Assembly (NCBI GenBank): GCA_038321865.1
Contig: JBBQFH010000005.1
Span: 1 to 64,000, forward strand
Length of the DNA: 64,000 nucleotides
From: Gemmatimonadales bacterium
GTDB lineage: Bacteria > Gemmatimonadota > Gemmatimonadetes > Gemmatimonadales > GWC2-71-9
Direction of reading: 5' to 3'
Position numbers and translations under genes: made by a program
Notes under the pieces: generated by a model
Database searches by the model: none
What the model was told of the DNA's origin: nothing
Seen by the model: only the letters and a program-made list of their open reading frames with translations
In this document: one piece after another, positions 11,946-20,574 of the stretch
Layout of the letters: each line of letters opens with the position of its first letter
Position numbering within the stretch: the first letter of the stretch is position 1

Positions 11946-13148
11946 ATGCCCGACCCGGTGATCGTCGCGGCACTCCGGACGCCGGTCGGCCGGTACGGCG
12001 GCGCGCTGGCTCGGGTCCGCCCCGACGACCTCGCCGCCGGCGTGCTGCGGGCGCTGGTCGAGCGTACCGCGCTGGACCCCGCCACCGTCGATGACGTCAT
12101 CCTCGGCTGCACCAACCAGGCGGGCGAGGATTCGCGCAACGTCGCCCGGATGGCGCTCCTGCTGGCCGGACTTCCGGTGGAGGTGCCGGGGCAGACCGTC
12201 AATCGCCTGTGCGGGTCCGGGTTGCAGGCCCTGGTCAGCGCCTCGCATGCGATCCGGGCCGGCGAAGGTTCCTGCTTCCTGGCCGGCGGCGTGGAGAGTA
12301 TGTCGCGCGCGCCGTGGGTCACGCTCAAGCCCGAAGAGGGCTTTCCGCGTGGCGCGCCGGACACCGCCGACTCGACGATTGGCTGGCGCTTCACCAATCC
12401 GCGCCTGCCCGCCGAATGGACCGTCTCGATGGGGGAGACGGCGGAGGAGGTCGCCCGGCGCTACCGGATCTCGCGCGAGGACCAGGACGCCTTCGCCCTC
12501 GAGAGCCAGCGGCGCACCGCCGCGGCGGTCCGCTCGGGACGCTTTGCCGATGAGATCGTGCCGGTCGCGGTCACCGACCGGCGAGGGCGGACCACGCTGG
12601 TCGAGACCGACGAGCATCCCCGCCCCGACAGCAGCGCCGAGGCACTCGCCGCCCTGCCGCCGGCCTTCCGGGATCGGGGGACCGTCACCGCGGCCTCGTC
12701 GAGCGGTATCAACGACGGCGCGAGCGCGGCGCTGGTGATGGAGGCCGGGGCCGCGCGGGCCGCCGGCCTCACCCCGATGGCGCGTATCGTCTCGACGGGG
12801 GTGGCAGGCGTCGCGCCGGAGGTCATGGGCGTCGGGCCGGTGCCGGCGATGCGGAAAGCGCTCGGCCGCGCCGGCCTCACCGTGAACGACCTCGACCTCA
12901 TCGAGCTGAACGAGGCCTTCGCCTCGCAGGCACTCGCCTGCATCCGTGACCTCGAGCTCGACCCCGCGCGCGTCAACGTGAACGGCGGCGCCATCTCCCT
13001 CGGCCACCCGCTCGGCTCCAGTGGCAGCCGCATCGTGGCGACGCTGGTGCACGAGCTCGCGCGCCGGGGCGGACGCTTCGGCGCGGCGACGATGTGCATC
13101 GGCGTGGGCCAGGGCATCGCGGTGATCGTGGAGCGCATCGACCCATGA
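11946..13148 (+). CDS. Acetyl-CoA C-acyltransferase (thiolase, PcaF/PaaJ-like)
   Basis: NQAGEDSRNVARM, TVNRLCGSG, ELNEAFA, GHPLGSSG and MCIGVGQG. Confidence 0.92.
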   Translation: MPDPVIVAALRTPVGRYGGALARVRPDDLAAGVLRALVERTALDPATVDDVILGCTNQAGEDSRNVARMALLLAGLPVEVPGQTVNRLCGSGLQALVSASHAIRAGEGSCFLAGGVESMSRAPWVTLKPEEGFPRGAPDTADSTIGWRFTNPRLPAEWTVSMGETAEEVARRYRISREDQDAFALESQRRTAAAVRSGRFADEIVPVAVTDRRGRTTLVETDEHPRPDSSAEALAALPPAFRDRGTVTAASSSGINDGASAALVMEAGAARAAGLTPMARIVSTGVAGVAPEVMGVGPVPAMRKALGRAGLTVNDLDLIELNEAFASQALACIRDLELDPARVNVNGGAISLGHPLGSSGSRIVATLVHELARRGGRFGAATMCIGVGQGIAVIVERIDP

Positions 13149-13993
13149 TCGAGCAGGTGACGATCGTCGGCGCCGGCACGATGGGCCACGGCATTGCGGC
13201 GGTAGCGGCGATGGCCGGGTATCGCGTCGTGCTCACCGACGCGCACGAAGCGGCCCTGCCCGAGGGGATGAAGCGCATCGGCGGGATCCTGGACAAGGCC
13301 ATCGAGCGAGGGAAGCTCGCCCCGGATGCCCGTGCGGCCGTGCTCGGCCGGGTGCGCTCGATCGCTGATCTGGCCGACGCCGTTGGCAGCAGCGATCTGG
13401 TGATCGAGGCGATTCCCGAGCAGCTCGAGCTCAAGCGGACGCTCTTTGCCGCGGTCGAAGCGGCGGCGTCCGCAGGCGCGATCCTCGCCACCAATACGTC
13501 GTCGCTTCCGATTTCGGAGATCGCGGGCGCGCTCCGGAGGCCCGACCGCGTGGTCGGGCTCCACTTCTTCAATCCAGTTCCCGCCATGCGCCTCGTCGAG
13601 GTGGTGCGCGGTGCCAGAACGAGTGAGGCCACCGTCGCGGCCGCCCGCGCCTTTGCCGAGTCGCTCGGGAAGACGCCGATCGTCGTGCGGGACTCTCCCG
13701 GATTCGCCACCAGCCGGCTCGGCGTCGTCCTCGGCCTCGAGGCGATCCGCATGGTCGAGGAGGGCGTCGCCGCCGCAGCGGACATCGATCTCGCCATGGA
13801 GCTGGGCTACAACCACCCGATGGGTCCGCTTCGGCTCGGCGACCTGGTCGGGCTCGACGTGCGGCTCGCCATCGCCGATCACCTGCACGCCACGCTCGGC
13901 GGCGACACCTATGCCGCCCCTGCCCTGCTCCGACGCATGGTGGCCGACGGCAAGCTGGGGAAGAAGGCCGGTCAGGGGTTTTATGAATGGTGA
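13145..13993 (+). CDS. 3-hydroxyacyl-CoA dehydrogenase
   Basis: GAGTMGHGIA, IEAIPE, TNTSS, GLHFFNPVP and HPMGPLRLGDLVGLD. Confidence 0.93.
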   Translation: MIEQVTIVGAGTMGHGIAAVAAMAGYRVVLTDAHEAALPEGMKRIGGILDKAIERGKLAPDARAAVLGRVRSIADLADAVGSSDLVIEAIPEQLELKRTLFAAVEAAASAGAILATNTSSLPISEIAGALRRPDRVVGLHFFNPVPAMRLVEVVRGARTSEATVAAARAFAESLGKTPIVVRDSPGFATSRLGVVLGLEAIRMVEEGVAAAADIDLAMELGYNHPMGPLRLGDLVGLDVRLAIADHLHATLGGDTYAAPALLRRMVADGKLGKKAGQGFYEW

Positions 13994-14768
13994 GACGCCG
14001 GTGCTGATCCGGGAGCGGCGGGGAGCCGTTGAGCTGCTGACGCTCAACCGGCCCGAAAAGCGGAACGCACTCAACGGCGAGCTCCGCGCGGCGCTCCTGA
14101 CGGCGCTCGCCGGCATCGCGGCGGACCCGACTGTCCGCGCCGTCGTCATCACCGGCGCCGGAGACAAGGCGTTCGTCGCCGGCGCCGACGTGAGCGAGTT
14201 CGCCAAGCGCGACGTGGCGGCGCAGGCGCGGACGATGCAGGGCCCGCGCGTCTACGACGCGGTCGCCGCCATGGAGCGGCCGGTGATCGCCGCGATCAAC
14301 GGCGTCTGCCTGGGCGGCGGCCTCGAGCTCGCACTCGCCTGCGACATCCGCATCGCGTCCGCGGCCGCCCGGTTCGGCCAGCCCGAAGTCACTCTCGGCC
14401 TGATGCCGGGAGGTGGCGCCACCCAGCGGCTCCCGCGCCTCGTCGGCACCGGGGCGGCGCTCAGGCTGATCCTCACCGGCGACCCGATCGACGCGGCCGA
14501 AGCGCTGCGGATCGGGCTGATCGAGGAGATCACGGAGCCCGCCGGCTGCGTCACTCGTGCCGTCGCGCTGGCCGAGCGGATCGCCCGGAACGCCCCGGTG
14601 GCGGTGGCCGCCGCCAAGCGGGTGACCCGCGCGGCGCTGGGCCTGCCACTCGATGCCGGGCTCGACCTCGAACGCGCCGCATTCCTCGCCGCCTTCGCCT
14701 CGGATGACCGCACTGAGGGGGTCCGCGCCTTCCTCGAGAAGCGCCCGCCGACGTTCACCGGCCGATGA
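13983..14768 (+). CDS. Enoyl-CoA hydratase/isomerase
   Basis: LNRPEKRNAL, AFVAGAD, GGGLELALACD and FGQPEVTLGLMPGGGATQRL. Confidence 0.93.
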   Translation: MNGETPVLIRERRGAVELLTLNRPEKRNALNGELRAALLTALAGIAADPTVRAVVITGAGDKAFVAGADVSEFAKRDVAAQARTMQGPRVYDAVAAMERPVIAAINGVCLGGGLELALACDIRIASAAARFGQPEVTLGLMPGGGATQRLPRLVGTGAALRLILTGDPIDAAEALRIGLIEEITEPAGCVTRAVALAERIARNAPVAVAAAKRVTRAALGLPLDAGLDLERAAFLAAFASDDRTEGVRAFLEKRPPTFTGR

Positions 14769-15610
14769 AGACGCCGCTGCCGCAGCTGGTCACGGTCGGG
14801 GGAATCGGGCTGCACTACGCTGCCGCCGGCAGCGGTCGGGCGATCGTTTTCGTGCACGGCGGCCTGGGTGATTACCGCTACTGGGCGGCGCAGCTCGAGC
14901 CGTTCGCCGCGCGCGGGCGCGCGGTCACCTACAGCCGGCGCTACTCGTATCCCAACGACAATCACCCCTTCGACCCCGAGTACTCGCCGCTGAGCGATGC
15001 CCGCGATCTGATCGGCCTGATCGAGGCGCTGTCGCTCGGCCCAGCGCACGTCATCGCGGCCTCGATCGGGGCCTGTGGCGCGCTCTTCGCGGCGGTCGAG
15101 CGTCCCGATCTGGTCCGCTCGCTGGTGGTGGCTGAGCCGCCGATGCTGCGCTGGCTGCCCGAGCTGCCCGGTGGCGGCGCTGTCTGGCGCGCCTTCCGGG
15201 AGCAGGTCTGGGACGTCTGCACCGAAGGCTTCCGCCGAGGCGAGCGCGTGCGGGCGGTGGCGGCGTTCATCGACTACTTTCTCGGTCCGGGCCGCTACGA
15301 CCGTCTCCCGGCGCCGGTGCGTGCCCGGATCCTCGAGGACTCGCGTGACCTCGAGGCGCAGGCACTGTCGGTCGCTCCCTTTCCCGAGCTGGGCCGTGAC
15401 GCCATCCGGGCGCTCCCGATGCGGGTGCTGATGCTGAGCGGCGCGCTCACCCGCCCCACTCACGCGCTGGTGGATGCCGAGCTGGAGACGGTGCTGTCGC
15501 TCGGCGAGCGCGTCATCGTGCCGGCGGCCGGGCATGATGTGTGGGTCGAGCAGCCGGCATTCTGCCGCGATGCGACGCTCGCGTTCCTGAATCGGGTGGA
15601 GCAGCGGTGA
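14765..15610 (+). CDS. Alpha/beta fold hydrolase
   Basis: FVHGGLGD oxyanion motif, nucleophile elbow AASIG, C-terminal AGHDV. Confidence 0.85.
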   Translation: MKTPLPQLVTVGGIGLHYAAAGSGRAIVFVHGGLGDYRYWAAQLEPFAARGRAVTYSRRYSYPNDNHPFDPEYSPLSDARDLIGLIEALSLGPAHVIAASIGACGALFAAVERPDLVRSLVVAEPPMLRWLPELPGGGAVWRAFREQVWDVCTEGFRRGERVRAVAAFIDYFLGPGRYDRLPAPVRARILEDSRDLEAQALSVAPFPELGRDAIRALPMRVLMLSGALTRPTHALVDAELETVLSLGERVIVPAAGHDVWVEQPAFCRDATLAFLNRVEQR

Positions 15611-16215
15611 ATCACTATCTCGCGCTGGGCGATTCCTACACCATCGGCGAGGGCGTCGAGGCCGGCGGCCGCTGGCCGCTCCAGCTGCGGAAGCGCCTCG
15701 TCGCCCGGAACGTCGAGCTCGAGCCGCCCACGATCATCGCCCAGACCGGCTGGACCACGGCGGAGCTGATGGCGGGAATCCGTGAGGCCGCCCCTGAGGG
15801 CCCGTTCGCCCTGGTGTCGCTCTCCATCGGGGTAAACAATCAGTACCGCGGCCTGCCGCTCGAGGAGTACCGCGCCCAGTTTGGCGAATTGCTCGCGCTG
15901 GCGGCGGGGCTCGCGGGGGGTGAGTCGCGCAAGGTGCTGGTGCTGTCGATTCCCGACTGGGGCGTCACGCCGTTCGCCAAGGGGCGCAACCGGCCGGCGA
16001 TCGCCGAGGACATCGACCGGTTCAATGCCGCGTGCCGCGAGGAGACCGGCCGCGTCCGGGCCCGGCACGTGGACGTGACGGCCATCTCCCGCCGGCACGG
16101 CGACGACGCTAACTATCTTGCACCCGACGGCCTGCACCCCTCCGCACCCATGTACTCCGAGTGGGCCCACGCCGCCGAAGCCGAGGCGCGCCAGGCGCTC
16201 GGGGCGAGACGGTAG
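15607..16215 (+). CDS. SGNH/GDSL hydrolase
   Basis: LALGDSYT, GWTT, IGVNNQYRG and DGLHPS. GTG start overlaps the upstream stop. Confidence 0.92.
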   Translation: MNHYLALGDSYTIGEGVEAGGRWPLQLRKRLVARNVELEPPTIIAQTGWTTAELMAGIREAAPEGPFALVSLSIGVNNQYRGLPLEEYRAQFGELLALAAGLAGGESRKVLVLSIPDWGVTPFAKGRNRPAIAEDIDRFNAACREETGRVRARHVDVTAISRRHGDDANYLAPDGLHPSAPMYSEWAHAAEAEARQALGARR

Positions 16216-16254
16216 CCAGCCGCCACCGGGCGCGATCCATCCACGCGAGGTCCC

Positions 16255-17055
16255 ATGTCGTTCGGACTGCCCGACAGCCAGCAGAAGCTCACCTACGGCG
16301 GATACCTGCGGATCCGGGAGCTGACCGCGCTCCAGGAGCTGCAGTCGAGTCCGGGCCAGCACGACGAGACGCTCTTCATCATCATCCACCAGACCTACGA
16401 GCTCTGGTTCAAGCAGGTGCTCCACGAGGTGGATGCGATCATTGCTCATCTCGACCGCGACGAGGTGCTCGGGGCCACCCGGCTGCTCCACCGCTGCCTC
16501 GAGATCCAGCGCGTGCTCGTCAGCCAGATCACGGTGCTGGAGACGATGACGCCGGTGGACTTCCTCAGCTTTCGCGACCACCTCATGCCGGCCAGCGGCT
16601 TCCAGTCGGCGCAGTTCCGTGAGATCGAGTTCGTCTCGGGATTGAAGGACCCGAAGTTTCTCGGCAACTACGAAGCGGGCTCGGTCGAGCACGGCACGCT
16701 CACACGCCGGCTCGAGGCGGGTTCGCTGCGTGACGCCTTTCACGCGCTGCTCCGGCGGCGGGGCTTCGCGCTGCCGGAAAGCGGGGGCACTGAAGAGGCT
16801 GCGGTCGAGGCGCTCATCACCCTGTACCGCGATCCGTCACGGCAGTACGACGTGTTCCTCCTGGCCGAAGGCCTGACCGAGTACGACGAGATGTTCTCGC
16901 TCTGGCGGATGCGGCACGTGCAGATGGTGGAGCGGGTGATCGGCGGACGGCCGGGGACCGGCGGCAGCGACGGCGCATCGTATCTCCGGAGCACGGTCAG
17001 TCGGCGATTCTTTCCGGAGCTGTGGGAGATGCGATCGCGGATCGGTGCGAGCTGA
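16255..17055 (+). CDS. kynA: Tryptophan 2,3-dioxygenase
   Basis: HDETLFIIIHQTYELWFKQ, PASGFQSAQFREIEF, WRMRHVQMVERVIG, GTGGSDGASYL and FFPELW. Confidence 0.96.
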   Translation: MSFGLPDSQQKLTYGGYLRIRELTALQELQSSPGQHDETLFIIIHQTYELWFKQVLHEVDAIIAHLDRDEVLGATRLLHRCLEIQRVLVSQITVLETMTPVDFLSFRDHLMPASGFQSAQFREIEFVSGLKDPKFLGNYEAGSVEHGTLTRRLEAGSLRDAFHALLRRRGFALPESGGTEEAAVEALITLYRDPSRQYDVFLLAEGLTEYDEMFSLWRMRHVQMVERVIGGRPGTGGSDGASYLRSTVSRRFFPELWEMRSRIGAS

Positions 17056-17060
17056 CGCCG

Positions 17061-17624
17061 GTGACGCACCAGGCGACCCTCGTCCCGACGCTTGAGACCG
17101 GGCGCCTCGTTCTCCGTCCGTTCACCCTCGATGACGCGCCGGCGATCCACGCGCACGTGAGCCAGTGGGACGTCGCCTCCACCACGCTCAACATTCCGCA
17201 CCCCTACGAGCCGGGCATGGCGGAATCCTGGGTGCGGACCCATGCGATCAGCGCGGCGGCCGGCGACGGCTTCACGCTGGCGATCACCGAGCGCGCCGCG
17301 GGAACCCTCGTCGGCTCCATAGGACTTCGGGTCTGGGAGGCGCATGGCCGGGGCGAGCTCGGGTACTGGATCGGAAAGCCGTACTGGGGCCGCGGCTACG
17401 TGACCGAGGCGGCCGGCGCGGTCATGGCCTATGGTTTCGGTACCCTCGCGCTCAATCGCATCGAGGCCCACCACCTCTCCCGCAATCCCGCCTCCGGCCG
17501 GGTGATGCAGAAGCTGGGCATGACCTGGGAGGGCCGGATGCGCGATCACGTGAAGAAGTGGGGATCGTTCGAGGACGTCGAAGCCTACTCCATCCTGCGG
17601 CGGGAGTACGACGCACGTGGCTGA
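17061..17624 (+). CDS. GNAT N-acetyltransferase (RimJ/RimL-like)
   Basis: LETGRLVLRPF, ELGYWIGKPYWGRGY and NPASGRVMQKLGM. Confidence 0.9.
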   Translation: MTHQATLVPTLETGRLVLRPFTLDDAPAIHAHVSQWDVASTTLNIPHPYEPGMAESWVRTHAISAAAGDGFTLAITERAAGTLVGSIGLRVWEAHGRGELGYWIGKPYWGRGYVTEAAGAVMAYGFGTLALNRIEAHHLSRNPASGRVMQKLGMTWEGRMRDHVKKWGSFEDVEAYSILRREYDARG

Positions 17625-18126
17625 CCAGCTCTCCCGCCGGACTCCTCCGGCCACGACGGTGCACGACCGGCAGATCGAGCGGCTCCGCACGCTGGCGCAC
17701 TGGCTGGACGACGGCATCCCGGTGCCCGGCACCGGATTCCGGTTCGGGGTGGACGCCATCCTCGATATCGTCCCGGTGCTCGGCGATTTCGCCGGCGTCG
17801 GGTTCTCGTCGTGGATACTGCTCCAGGCCTCGCGCATGGGCGCGTCGAAGACCACCCTGCTCCGGATGCTGTGGAACATCGGCGTGGACGCGCTGGTCGG
17901 CATCGTGCCCGCGATCGGCGTCTTCTTCGACGCCGCGTGGAAGGCGAACCTCAAGAACGTGGCCCTGCTGGAAGGCCAGGCACTGCACCCGGCGGAGACG
18001 CACCGCGCGAGCCGGAAGTTCGCGGTCGTGCTGCTGACCGGCGCTGCCCTGCTGGCGATCGGCGCCGCCGCCGCCACCTGGTTCCTCCTCCGCGCCGGCT
18101 CGGCGCTGCTGCGCCACACCTTCTGA
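17617..18126 (+). CDS. DUF4112 domain membrane protein
   Basis: LDDGIPVPGTGFRFGVDAILDIVPVLGD, RMLWNIGVD and FDAAWKANLKN. Confidence 0.85.
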   Translation: MADQLSRRTPPATTVHDRQIERLRTLAHWLDDGIPVPGTGFRFGVDAILDIVPVLGDFAGVGFSSWILLQASRMGASKTTLLRMLWNIGVDALVGIVPAIGVFFDAAWKANLKNVALLEGQALHPAETHRASRKFAVVLLTGAALLAIGAAAATWFLLRAGSALLRHTF

Positions 18127-18140
18127 CCGCCATCAGACTG

Positions 18141-18620
18141 GTGCTGTTCGGTCTCGCCGCGGCCTGTGCCACGCCGCCGGCGCTGCACCCGGGCCTCAGC
18201 TGCCGGGTGGAGCGCGTGTCCGACGGCGACACCTTCCGGGCCCGCTGCCCCAATGCGCTCAAGGTGCGCCTCCTGCAGATCGACGCCCCCGAGCGCGACC
18301 AGCCGCCGTATGGCCGCCAGGCCTGGACCCACCTCGAGGAGCTCCTCCCCCGCGGCAGCGCCGTCACCCTCGAGCTCGATGTGCGGCAGCGGGACCAGTA
18401 TGGCCGCACCCTCGCCTACGCGTACGATGCGAAGGGCCGCATGGTCAACGAGGAGATGGTGCGCGCCGGCTACGCCGTGGTGCTGGTCTACCCGCCCAAC
18501 GTGCGCTATGTCGAGCGGATCCGCGCCGCGGCCGCCGAAGCGCGCACCGCAAGGCGCGGGCTGTGGGAGACGGACGGCTTCTCCTGCTCGCCCAAGGATC
18601 ACCGGCAGCGGCGCTGCTGA
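18141..18620 (+). CDS. Thermonuclease (SNase) family lipoprotein; start uncertain
   Basis: VSDGDT, VRLLQIDAPE, DQYGRTLAY, VNEEMVRAGYA and ARRGLW. LAAAC lipobox. Confidence 0.85.
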   Translation: MLFGLAAACATPPALHPGLSCRVERVSDGDTFRARCPNALKVRLLQIDAPERDQPPYGRQAWTHLEELLPRGSAVTLELDVRQRDQYGRTLAYAYDAKGRMVNEEMVRAGYAVVLVYPPNVRYVERIRAAAAEARTARRGLWETDGFSCSPKDHRQRRC

Positions 18621-18753
18621 TGGGGCCGCGGCTCGGCGGTCGCCGCCGCGGTGCTGGACTGCGGCGATCCCCCTCTTACCAGCCGGCGCTCCCGGGCGTA
18701 GGTTCGGGCGCTTCCCCTGATCCCGATCCTCCGACTCACTCCAGGAGCTCGTC

Positions 18754-19323
18754 ATGACCGACCTGATGGCGCTGTGGCTGCCCATTCTTCTGTCGGCGGT
18801 GATCGTATTCGTCGTGAGCTCGATCATCCACATGGCCATGCCCTGGCACAAGAACGAGTATCCGCAGGTCCCCGACGAGAACCGGTTCATGGAAGCCGTC
18901 CGCCCGCTGGCCATCCCGCCCGGCGACTACATGGTGCCCCGCTGCAACGACATGAAGGAGATGAAGACGCCGGCGTTCGCCGACAAGCTGGCCAAGGGAC
19001 CGGTCATGATCATGACCGTGCTGCCGAACGGGATGATGAGCATGACCCGGAGCCTGACGCTCTGGTTCGTCTATCTCGTGGTCACGGGGCTGTTCGCGGG
19101 CTATGTCGCGAGCCGGGCGCTCCCGCCGGGCGCCGACTACCTCAGGGTCTTCCAGCTGGTCGGCGCCAGCGCGTTCATGGCGTATGCCTTCGGGCTCTGG
19201 CAGATGAACATCTGGTATCACCGGTCGATGAGCACCACGGTCAAGTCCACGTTCGACAGTCTGATCTACGCGCTGCTCACGGCCGGCACTTTCGGCTGGC
19301 TCTGGCCGCACCTCGCCGCCTGA
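18754..19323 (+). CDS. Hypothetical membrane protein
   Basis: AGGAG RBS, about four hydrophobic segments, coherent coding bias. Confidence 0.8.
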   Translation: MTDLMALWLPILLSAVIVFVVSSIIHMAMPWHKNEYPQVPDENRFMEAVRPLAIPPGDYMVPRCNDMKEMKTPAFADKLAKGPVMIMTVLPNGMMSMTRSLTLWFVYLVVTGLFAGYVASRALPPGADYLRVFQLVGASAFMAYAFGLWQMNIWYHRSMSTTVKSTFDSLIYALLTAGTFGWLWPHLAA

Positions 19324-19341
19324 CGGCGACGCTTCCCTGCC

Positions 19342-19851
19342 TCAGAATCGGACCGACAGACCGGCGCTGACACTCGGATAAGCGCCGGTCGCGGTCACCC
19401 GCACCTTGGCCGACGCCGTCACGCCGAGTCCCGGCGTCAGCCATTGCGTCACATGCCCGCCGGCGAACCCGCCGATGCCGCCGCCGACCAGCTCCGAGCT
19501 GTCTCCCACCAGAAACGCCGTGACGCCGGCCGTCGCGCCCAGGTCGGTGCGGCGGCCCTGCTGCGTCCAGGTCGCGCCGAGATCGGCTGCGGCTCCCCCG
19601 GCGCCGCCGCCGAAGACGGGGAGCGAGAGGGTGAGACCGGCGCCCCATCGGTTGCGGCCGTCGTAGCGCACCGAGAGCTCGGGGCCGTATCCCCAGCCCT
19701 CGCGGCTCCCTACCGAGATGCCGGTGGCGGACGCGGTCAGATTCCAGTGCCGGAAGGCAGGCGCCTGGGCCTCTGACTGACGCGCGGCGACGGCTGAAGC
19801 GGCGAGGGCGATTAAGGTGATTTCTATCAACGGCTTGCGATGGAACGGCAT
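19342..19851 (-). CDS. Hypothetical exported protein, probable small outer-membrane beta-barrel
   Basis: Signal peptide, alternating beta-strand pattern, C-terminal Phe (GLSVRF). Confidence 0.65.
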   Translation of the reverse strand: MPFHRKPLIEITLIALAASAVAARQSEAQAPAFRHWNLTASATGISVGSREGWGYGPELSVRYDGRNRWGAGLTLSLPVFGGGAGGAAADLGATWTQQGRRTDLGATAGVTAFLVGDSSELVGGGIGGFAGGHVTQWLTPGLGVTASAKVRVTATGAYPSVSAGLSVRF

Positions 19852-20118
19852 GGCTGGCTCCTGAACCGGTGGGCGATTGGTTGAGCCATACTACCGTGTC
19901 GGCGTTGCCTGGCCGTGACCCGGCGCCGCGGCCGGGCAGCGCCCCGGGGGGTCACGCCTCGGGGACGGGAATTCGACCCTGGTGCGCCTGCTCCGCCTGC
20001 CGAGCGGGCGCCGGTGGTGCAACGCCCACGCCGACCCCACATTGATTGAAGGAAGCGCCGCCGCGGGTTCCGGCTCACGTCGGCATGGGTACGACTCGCC
20101 CGGAGTGACGAGAGACCG

Positions 20119-20544
20119 ATGAACGGATTCCGCGCGGCCCTCGCCATCCTCGTCGTCACCGCCTGCGGCGATGGCCTCGCCGGACCAGCCGACAGCGTCC
20201 TGATCGGCCAGTTCGGGATCGCGACGATGCCGATCGAGCTGCTGGCGACGCACGCCGGCATCGAGCTCGATCTCGACTGCGGCCGCTACTTCGCCTCGAG
20301 CGAGTCCGCCCTGCTCGCTCCGGACGGCAGCTTCCGCCTCCGCGGCCGCTATCACGCCGGCAGCTTCGTGATCCCCTCCGAGCTCGGCGCCACGATCTCG
20401 GGTGCTGTCGGGAGCCAGAGCCAGCCTGGCACGGTGAGCGTGACCCTCACCCTCGACGGCAGCGGTCCGCTGGCCGATCCGTTCAGCATCACGCTCACGC
20501 GCGGCGTGCGCTTCGAAGGCCAGCCTCAGGCCTGCCCGGTCTGA
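20119..20544 (+). CDS. Hypothetical lipoprotein
   Basis: Lipobox VTAC after a hydrophobic N-terminus. Confidence 0.65.
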   Translation: MNGFRAALAILVVTACGDGLAGPADSVLIGQFGIATMPIELLATHAGIELDLDCGRYFASSESALLAPDGSFRLRGRYHAGSFVIPSELGATISGAVGSQSQPGTVSVTLTLDGSGPLADPFSITLTRGVRFEGQPQACPV

Positions 20545-20574
20545 ACGGTGATCCCGGCTGACGAAAGGACCGGC

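Noticed and set aside
18141..18620. Nuclease as part of a defence system or mobile element
   Set aside because: An ordinary SNase-family lipoprotein with no integrase, transposase, antitoxin or other defence gene nearby.
20046..20062. GAAGGAAGC resembling the SRP RNA core
   Set aside because: The conserved flanking helix and internal loop of 4.5S RNA are not present.
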